From NCBI GenBank assembly GCA_001642005.1, contig LWCA01000253.1, forward strand, positions 1 to 36,668: a DNA stretch of 36,668 bases, in the 5' to 3' direction. Origin of the DNA: Intoshia linei. Taxonomy: Eukaryota; Animalia; Orthonectida. Under the pieces are notes generated by a model. The model had not been told where the DNA came from, searched no databases, and saw only the letters and a list, made by a program, of their open reading frames with translations. Position 1 is the first letter of the stretch, and each line of letters opens with the position of its first letter. Positions 23,037-32,051 of this stretch are shown piece by piece. The position numbers were made by a program, and so were the translations under genes.

Positions 23037-26000
23037 TTAAATTGATTCCTTGAGGGCAAATTCTAAAACGGTAACGATAAATTTTCTGTTTAATTTATTT
23101 GCTTCATTTATTAGGTTTTGAATGAACAATTTCTTTCCATAAAATGTATCGTTATATTCTTTCAAACATTTATAGAGTTTACTGAAATCTAATATTTTTT
23201 AATTAAATTTATTAGAGATGAATCAATTACCGTGACCTGGTGTTTTCATAAGCAATAATGATTTTTCATACAAGATTTTATTTTTAACCATTTGATCAAC
23301 ACTTTTAGAAATTTGTTTAGTGGGTAAAGGTTGAACATTTACCGGTAAATTTTTAACATCCACAGCTAAAATAACATTAATAAATTTTTTAAACAGAAAT
23401 TGTAACGATTCAATTAAAGATTTCAAATAATGCATGTTTGGTATAAATATATAGGGCGCTGGGAAATTCAGCGTATAAAAAATTACCTATACGTGATATT
23501 TTTGGAGGGATAGCTATTTTTTTTGTCTTTCTTTTCAATTTTTCTTTAGCAACTAAAGATTCTTCTTTTCTTCCATCGCCTTCTCGGTCTGGTTCCATGT
23601 CGTCGACTTCGTCAGAGTGCATTTTTACATTAAATGGATTTCCAAACATGTTTATCTAATTTATATTTAGAATAAATACATTATATAAACTCTCTTGGGT
23701 TGAATTTCGACATGTCTTAAAACAGGGGTCATTTTTTCTAAATGAGATATGTAATCTCCCATTTTGTTAATGGGAGTAGAATGCTTTTTAAGGTCAGCTA
23801 AATCAGATTTCATTGTGCAAGATTCGATATTATTAATCAAGCTTTCTAGCAAAAGGTTTGAAAACGATTTTGACAAAGCATTATCTTCTCTTCGTAATAA
23901 TTCTCCATAGTTGAGATGTTCACTATCATTAAAAAAAGAAAATCCAACATTGTTCTTTTCGGCTTGCTTACAAATATCGTTAATAGAATGCTTGTAGTGA
24001 TCAGAGATTCGGAAACTTTTATAAGGGTTAGGATCAATTTCATCTTTTATATTATGTTTGAATCTATTTTCATTACTAAATTTTCAATGAATAATCAAAA
24101 TAAAAGAATTCTTAAATTCTTAACTCTTTCACTGTCTGATGCAATTTTATGTATTATCTCCACACGTCTGGAATTTATGTTTTAATTTAAACTTTTATTA
24201 TTTTTAAATTACCTATGAGAAAATGTATCAAAATAAAAGAATAAAGTTTTTCAAAATTATGTTGTGTATATCATAGAATACACAGACGTGTGAAGTGAAA
24301 TTGCTGTGTATAGTATAGAATACACAGACAGTGAAAGGGTTAAATTCAAGCATTTTTACTAAGAACCCACTTTTACCAATTCTGAAATTGATTATGTGCA
24401 GCTGCAAAATGTTTTCTAAAAAAATGCTACCACGCTTTCGATGCCCTTCGTGAAAAAAAGATTGGATGTAATTTATTTGCCGTGGAAATACTTAGAAAGC
24501 GAGGAAGACCACTAAAAACATCTACTAAAGCAAATATAAAATATTTCAAGAACAAAAACTCATAATGAATCATTGTTTTTAATTTTGTTTTAAAAAGTTT
24601 TATTAGTTTCATCATCAGTTTAAGAAAGAATTAAAGCGGTTTTAACATCATGGATAATCCTTTTATTTAAGAACTTCACTTTGTTTTGTTTGTGATATTG
24701 AGTGTTTAAATATAATGTTTGAATAAAAACACTGTTTATGGCAGTGGTTTTCAACCTTTTTGTGTTCGCGACCCCTTATAAACATAAAAATTTTTCTATA
24801 CACTCCAAACATCATATCAATTCACATAAATGAAAATATTAAAAAAGCATATTCAGTTTTATTTATATTTTATACTGTGTTCAAATTCTCACGACCCCCC
24901 GGTTGAAAAATAATGGTTTATGAGATACTCTGGAATTCGGTAAAATTGTTGTTTTCCCTTAAGGCTTGTTAAATTTTGATTTTTAGTAAAACTGGTTAGA
25001 TTTAAGTAGACGCCTATAAAAATTTAATAGCGTGATTAAGATTTTTTTGTGACTAAGTCTTTTTATTAATTTATTTAAAAAAGCCTGTCAATATAATTGT
25101 TTAAATAAAATTTTTACTTTTCATTACAAGTTTTGAAAAATCCAGTTATTGTAAATTTTCAGAATGTTAGAAAACCGAAAAACTAAGAATACACTGAAAA
25201 AATTTACTGACACTGCGCTGTCCAAAATGTAGCCATATAGAATTTTTTTATATCACAAAAAATGTAGAAAAAACTCAACAATGCTAATTTAATATTATTT
25301 TTGTGTTGATAAAAAATTACATTTGAACATTGATGTATTTGTTTTTAATTTTTTTGTTACAATTCTTTGAAACGTTTATATTTATTGTATCCAATTGAGT
25401 TTTTGCTTGAACTCTAGTTTTTTTGATATAAGAACTAATGTTATAACTTAAGGATCGTTCTCGTATTTCATATGAATAATTTTGTATTTTGATAACAGCC
25501 AAAACTTTGTGTATATTGGAGATATAATAGGCGGGTATGCTTTTAATAAAAATGTCTAATTTCTGTTTATTAACTTCGTCAATCATATATTCTTCCTTAT
25601 GGTTTTTAAATTTTTGGTTAAACATGATGGAATTAACAATTGTATAAAACGCTGGGAAATTATAACATGATAATACTAATATTACACGATTTTTGGTTTC
25701 ATTTACATGTAAATATCCAAACGGTTTTCCTAGACCACCCGATTTTAAACTATTTGGAATATAGAGATATCTGCAAGTACTTGGATCATCATTTGCAATC
25801 ATGAATTTTGATAAAGTACACGCATTTAAAGGTAATTTGTCAACTGTTACGAAATAGTTATCAGAAATTTCACACGGAGTGGATGCCATAAAAACAACTG
25901 GAATAGTATTTCTAGGAGGCAAATTTAAAAGACTCGTATCCGGAAAAAATTCTTCAGGAATAGGCCAATGTAAGGACGCATTTACATTAGACATATCAAT

Positions 26001-26933
26001 TCGAATAATACTACGCGAGTTGTGCCAATCGTCACTACGTAGCATAATACTGCTGATGTCGCGAGAATCTAGACACAAATAATTTAAAAGTACAAAATAA
26101 ACAAATATACCTTTGATGTTTTCGAGTTCATCAGAGTTAAAACAACTGAATAACAACTGTATTGATGGGTAAACGTTAGTGATGATATTTTCAACGGCTG
26201 CCATTAAACATTTCACGGAATTGACAGCATAAAATTCACCTAAAATGTGTAATTTAATAAAATGCAAGTTTTTGAATACCTCCAGTATGCTGACATAAAT
26301 TTTTCAATTGAATTTCAGTAGGTCTGCTATAACTTGAAGTGAAATTAATGGAATCATTAAAGACCATAATGCCAGGAATTTGTAGAACTATGACAAATAA
26401 TTTTTGATCCCACCTAAATGGTTCATAAGTCAATTCTAAACCAGGAATTTCAGAGAGACTCAGCTGAATCTAAAAAAAACTTAATGTTATCAATATAAGG
26501 GTACGTCATTTGTTATTTCATATGGATTGTTCATTTGACAGCCATCGGTAATAAAAACAATTATGGCTGGTTCCAAAAAATAGGGAGTTCGTCCTTGACC
26601 ATAAGTATCTACTCCTGTCTGTAAACGGTTAATGTTGAGTAGTTGAAATGTGTTTTTAAGGGCATTTCCAGTAGTAGTAAGGCCAGTAGATTTAAAATTT
26701 TTTAATTCTTCTGTAAAAATAGCTTGATTTTCTTTCCAACCAGCTTTAATGTTATTGGGTGGTTCTTCAAACGATAAAAGCATATATCGGTCCATTTTAG
26801 ATTGATGATCTCGTGCACGGCATTTTAGAAAATAATCTATTGCAATCTTTGCCATGTCCATAAATGTCAATCCGGCACTCACGGATTGCATCATGGAAGC
26901 ACTAGAATCAATCAAGAACAAAATAATTGTCAT
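23037..26933 (-). CDS. INTS6: Integrator complex subunit 6
   Basis: VWA start MTIILFLIDSSASM, then LLNINRLQTGVDTYGQGRTPYFLEPAII, ELTYEPFRWDQKLF, LCQHTGG, HWPIPEEFFPD, PFGYL, HSTPINKMGDY, MFGNPF and C-terminal KTPGHDF...FIQNLINEA. Introns include 26504-26470, 26279-26240, 26110-26069 and 25320-24076. Stop TAA ends at 23037. Confidence 0.96.
24124..24339. mobile_element. piggyBac-type MITE, 216 bp, in an INTS6 intron
   Basis: TTAA|CtCTTTCACTGTCTG ... CAGACAGTGAAAGGG|TTAA (14 of 15 TIR positions match). It has internal inverted repeats cacacgtctg / cagacgtgtg and a duplicated tgtgtata...atacacagac unit. Confidence 0.88.
24742..24915. mobile_element. 174-bp MITE, an internal-deletion derivative of the 7364-8019 family
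   Basis: The first ~137 bp and last ~36 bp align with the two ends of 7364-8019. TSD gtttatgg / gtttatga (7 of 8 match). Confidence 0.9.
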
Positions 26934-26997
26934 ACTTAATATCAATAAAAATTTATTACCAATTAATTTTCAAAGTCACCTAGTGATCGTAAATAAT
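26934..26997. promoter_or_regulatory. Inferred bidirectional promoter / 5'UTR region between INTS6 and MFI
   Basis: Only 64 bp separate the two divergent ATGs, and both N-termini match conserved family starts. Confidence 0.55.
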
Positions 26998-29900
26998 ATG
27001 AATTGTGATAATGTTTATCACAATGCAGCTACATCGATTCAAAGGGCTTGGCGACGTCATATTGTAATTAAAATGACATTTTATTTTAATCCATTTAAAT
27101 TAGGATACGACGATTTACGCTTTTTATAGAAATTTAATATCTTTCAATTCGTGTGGAGCCCCAAACAAAATGCTCGCCTGTATTAATCCGATTGAAGCAA
27201 AATTATTGGATTACGGTTCGAAGAGTCATATAAAATTTCGATTGGCTGGTGTAAGTTTACGAGTTACCCTTTAAAATTTTTTAAACAGTCAAGATTCCCT
27301 CCAAAAGTTGTTTATAAAATATACACTCATGCCCCAATACAAGATTTGTGTGCGAATAGTCCCAAAAATTATGTTCATGCCTCCAATAAAGACAAAATAG
27401 CATGTCAAACAAACAACAACCAGCATATCAACATTATCAATTTAGGTACCTTATATTTTGGTGGGTTCTATAGATAACATAGATGAAAAAAATGAATGGT
27501 ATAAAAGGGTGGAGAATAATGATTGGCGCTGTGTTTCTGATAGATATTTTACAAAATTTTATAAAACAACTCAAATAAATACTCAACCTTTTCACCATGA
27601 TAAAGTAATATATACTTTTTATTTCTATAAAAATGATTTAGAAAAAACGAAAACAGAGTAAAATATTAAACAAAAGAAAACAAAGAATCAATTGGCTTAT
27701 TAAAACGTATATTAGTTTACTTTCATCATTTACCTTTCCATTATTTAGATATAAAAAAGGTAAAAACAATGATTTGAGCCATGAAAAAGAAAATGAACTT
27801 TTGGAACGAACTAAAGTATTTTTATACACATTTAATATTCGATTTTAGTGAAACTGTCATTAATTAGAATTAGAAGTAACTAAGAGTTTCCATGATATAA
27901 AAATATACTATTATCAATTTTTTTATCTAATTGGTGGTAACTAATAATTGGTTTGAATTCAGAATCAAAACATTTTGGAACAATTTTATTATTTTGGGGT
28001 GTTTGGCGGGTCAGAAACTTAAAAAAATAATATTAACGGGTAAGATCTGTAGGGGGTTTATAGGACTGTACAATATCTTAAATAATCCGAGATAACAAAT
28101 AAATATTCTATCCAATGTTCATTTTATGTCTTCGATTTCATTGTTATAATATTATTAGTTTTATAGAATTCTTTTATAATTTTTTTGGTCAGAAACTAAA
28201 ATATGCATTAAAATCTCCGTTATTAGCTCGGTTTCTTTTTATTTATATAGTACTAGTGTGTGTGTTAAATATTTATTTATGTTAAAATTTTCATTATGAT
28301 TGATTTTAGACGGTTCAGTTATACATTTCGATTTTAACTTATATTTATAATAATAGCAAGACTTTTAATAGCGGTGGTTATACTCTACTGAATGTCAGTA
28401 AAATTGAGAAATGGGTATTAAATTGGTAAATGTTACTTAGATATTTATTTATAATAATATATTATAGGCAATATTTATAAAAATTAATGCCTTAATAATA
28501 AAAGGAGAGTTCATAATAATATTGAAATCGCTATGTAAATATTGCTATTAGTTATTCGCGATTTTTTGAACACATTTTGCAACTATTTTTGTCAAAAAAT
28601 CGAGAATAACCTGTATACCCAAAACTCATAATGATGATTTGGGGTATATCATTTCTACCATAAATAACTAATCTGTTGAACTTATTAGTTTAAATAAAAA
28701 CTATAACCTAAAATTTCAAATTTTTCTGTTCTTTCGATTATACGGTAATAATTAACCTATACGACTACTTAAAAGTGGAATTGTGAACTGTGGGTCATAT
28801 CAGAACAAAATAAGTTGTGATTGGTCACATTCATGATATATTGTATTTAGACATTTGTGAAACAATGCATGGAAAATAAAGATTTAAAAGTGACAGATTA
28901 CTATAATGTTGATGATGATAATATGGAATACTTAATCAAATGGTCAGAGGCACTTGATTTCGAAAAGTTTTTTATTTTTTTGTACATTATAATTATACTG
29001 ACAAAAAGAATTAACAACGTCGTACACTGCTAGAAAAAAGTTTGGGACATACATAAAATATTATATAAATAGTTGTTAAAATTATTTAAATATATATATA
29101 TGGATATAAACTCTATCAATGCTAAATTAAATTTTGTACGGCCGTAGTATCAATGAGTAAAGTAGCTTTGCGGGTGAATAGATGGAAAGGTTGGCACCCC
29201 TGTTCGATATTATTAAAACAATATATATAATAAAAAAAAGATTATTTTGATACAGCTAATTTCAGTTGTATAAATAAAAATTTTAACCCCAGAAATCTAC
29301 GCATTCCAGGTGAAAAATAATTTTGAATATATTATAATAATTATTAACGAATATTTTTCAAATGTTGGATTAAAATTAAAAATGAAAAAGTAAATAATCA
29401 TCTTACAATTTCAAAAAAAATCTGTATGCAATGTCTATATCAGTGTTTCGCGAAGTGGTCCACAGGAAATTCTAGGTGGTCCACAAGAAAAATTTTAAAT
29501 AAAATGAAATAACCTTTTTCAACAATAATATTAAATTAGAATACTATTAATTATCGATGTTTATTATTATTAGTGAACGTAAACAATATTTAATCAAAAT
29601 GAAGTGAACATTTACTGAATAACGTGAATAATATTCACGTGAGTTAAATTTAATCTATGTAACGATTTAATTTAGTTTGATAGTAGTCGTATCAAGCTCG
29701 TGACCACTTCTAAAATGAAAAATAACCCCTTTACAAATTTTGTAAGCGAATTATAATGTCATATAACCCTATCCACCTTTCTAAGACTCTTGAGTTGCAT
29801 TTTAAATTTAACATTGAAATTAGTTGATATTCAAGAATCTTTTTAATGCTCAATATAGTTCATTAAAGCCTCCATTTAAAAAAGAAATTTTCGTTGAGAT

Positions 29901-31076
29901 CCCTCGGTGGAAGGATCTTGCCTACGGTAGATTCGGCACTAGTAGTTCGCCATAAGTATGTTTGAAATTAATAATTTTTTTAATTACGCTATTGAAGCTA
30001 CCATGCCAAAATTAATGTAAAATTTTCGTTTTAAGGAGGAATATATAATAAAAAAATATAAATAGTACCTTACTGACGTGTTCAGGATTAAAGGGATTTT
30101 TTTAAAAAATTATGTGGTCCACACACATTTTTTTTTGTGACAAGTGGTCCATGGTGGAAAATGTTTGGGAACCATTGGTCTATACATTTCTAATAAAGAA
30201 ATATGGGTGGAAATCTATATAGTTGATTCCGTCGGATTTTTTTTCATTCTCAAATTCTCATTTTGAAAACATTTTGTTTAAAATTTTACAACGAATTAGT
30301 AAAAGTTTGTTTTTATCATTTTTATATTTAATACAATACTTTTCAATATTGGTAAAATTCATCTGAAATATGTTTCTAAAGTGCTGATTCCGTTAATTAT
30401 TGATACAAAATTGATATTTTTTATTCATAGAAACCAGTACTGAATATATATTATCACATTGAAAATGACAAAATAGGTTTTTCAATTTTATTTTTTTTTG
30501 GAATTTAAGCTATTATGACAATTTTTGGGATTGTACTGTTTTTAATTTATTTTTATATTTATAATAACACACATTCTATCTAATAAATTAAAAAATGGGA
30601 TAACAATGTTTTTAAAAATTCTTTACACAAATATTAACAAAATAAATATAATTGATTTTAAATTAGAAGGTAATTTGATATAACGGGTCCACGTTAAACA
30701 AGTTTGGGAACCACTACTTTAAAGGATTAATAATAGTGAATAGTAGCATTTTTAAGTTAGATTTTCTTATTGAATTTATTTTTTTGGTAGAATTAAAAAA
30801 GTCGCCCTCCGCAGAGCTAGGTCATCTTTGTACGAAGTAACCTAGTAATGGCACTAAATCTAGTTTAATAATATAAATATTATATCGTATGTATTAAAAT
30901 ATTAAATTTTAAAATTAATTAAGTATTTTTAGTAGAATAAAAATGTGCCCTCGGTTGACCTAGATGCTGTTTGTACGTAGTACATAACAATAAACTAGTT
31001 TATTATAAAATATTTATTATAAAATTATAGGTATCTGGAAGATTGGAGTACAATAGGGACAACATATTACGAATAA
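26998..31076 (+). CDS. C11orf65: C11orf65 / MFI (mitochondrial fission factor interactor) homolog with an N-terminal IQ-like motif; 8 exons
   Basis: Exons 26998-27063, 27104-27250, 27289-27445, 27474-27604, 27642-27706, 27749-27815 (approx.), 28851-28966, 31031-31076. Translation AATSIQRAWRR...INPIEAKLLD...IKFRLAGSRFPPKVVYKIYTHAPIQDLCANSPKNY...WYKRVENNDWRCVSD...LIKWSEALDFEKYLEDWSTIGT closely follows C11orf65 motifs. Confidence 0.93.
28551..28613. mobile_element. Terminus of a second pogo/Tc1-like MITE family
   Basis: Ends in aaaaatcgagaataacCTG|TA with an internal inverted copy, gttattcgcgatttttt. The partner end was not found. Confidence 0.45.
29441..30177. mobile_element. Buster-type hAT MITE, 737 bp, in an MFI intron
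   Basis: Ends CAGTGTTTCGCGAA / TTTGGGAACCATTG, gtggtcca subterminal repeats at both ends, and TSD gtctatat / gtctatac. Confidence 0.85.
30454..30998 (+). mobile_element. Helitron-like non-autonomous element, copy B, with two tandem 3' ends
   Basis: Starts at A|TC. The hairpin TGTACgtaGTACA (30972-30984) lies 10 nt before CTAG|T (30995-30998). A similar earlier end (tgtacgaagtaac...CTAG|T) ends at 30863. A hAT end fragment (tttgggaaccact, about 30704-30716) lies inside. Confidence 0.6.
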
Positions 31077-31089
31077 AGGAATGCAGAAA

Positions 31090-31960
31090 TCATCTCAACC
31101 TTTTAAGCATGTGTTTTTGTTGCATTTTTTGATTAAATTCATCTTCAACAACATTAAGTTTGTTGATTAGAATTTCTGAAATAAAATTAATTAAACAACA
31201 ATGTATTTAAAATGATCATTACCAGTATTAGTTTCAAGCCAGTGTAAATTTTTCATATTTTGGTTAAGACAATATTCAACACGGCTGACCTATAAAATAA
31301 AATAATAAGATAAAAAACGTATAACCTCGTCGCAGTTTTTCTCCTTGTTTGCATAATTTATTAGTTCTGAAATATTGTTAAGTACATACTTGATTTCACT
31401 GTCGAGAGATTCAATCATTTCCATACTAAGCATTTGTCGTTTAATTAATTAAATCAAGTCAAAATATACCATTTTTTCCTATAAACGTCCTTTTTCTGAG
31501 AATCAATTTTGGAAAAAATTTGATTGGAAGAAATATTTTCAATCACTTTTTCAATGGTATTTAAACTGCTGGATAATTTTTGATTTCGTTCGCCCATAAA
31601 ACTTAATTTATCTTCAATATCATTTTGACGATTATTAATTACATCCAATTTTTGTTCCATATCAATCAACTAATTTTTAAATAATTACACAATAAAGATA
31701 AAATTACCTTTTCAGAGTCGAAAATTATTTGTGCATCTCGATGACCTAAAGAATTGACAATTTGATGATAATTGCGTTCACATTCCTCGAAATTAGCTTC
31801 CCAAACATCTAGGGCTCGATCGAGTTTTAAATAGGTATCAATGTTGTCAACGTTGTCAGATGAACTGCTGGAATCATATCATTAATGAAAATGTATTACA
31901 TAATTACACGGGTTTTAAATCTCCACTTTCTTTTGAATTTTGTTTTATAAATATAGACAT
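31090..31960 (-). CDS. Nup62/Nsp1 C-terminal coiled-coil protein lacking FG repeats; 221 aa, 6 exons
   Basis: Exons 31960-31908, 31867-31708, 31669-31470, 31425-31326, 31289-31223, 31175-31090 (666 nt). LDRALDVWEANFEECERNY...RDAQIIFDSEKLIDM...IEDKLSFM...LNQNMKNLHWLETNT is collinear with Nup62 LINKWSLELEDQERHF...WDRTLIENGEKITSL...LDQELDFI...LNAHMDSLQWIDQNS. Confidence 0.8.
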
Positions 31961-32051
31961 TTATGTAAATTTTATTACAAGTGTACTTTCAAATTATGTA
32001 ATATTCAAATTGAACTCAAGTTTATTAAAATAAAGTTTTTCAATTCTAATT

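Noticed and set aside
24262-24335. Direct repeat with a hairpin (tgtgtata...atacacagac x2) resembling a mini-CRISPR or ncRNA
   Set aside because: There are only two units, inside a TTAA-flanked piggyBac MITE, in a eukaryotic context with no cas genes.
24427-24615. ORF 24427-24615 as an INTS6 exon or a stop-codon readthrough
   Set aside because: It has no INTS6 similarity, and the direct phase-2 splice from 25321 to 24075 already preserves the frame.
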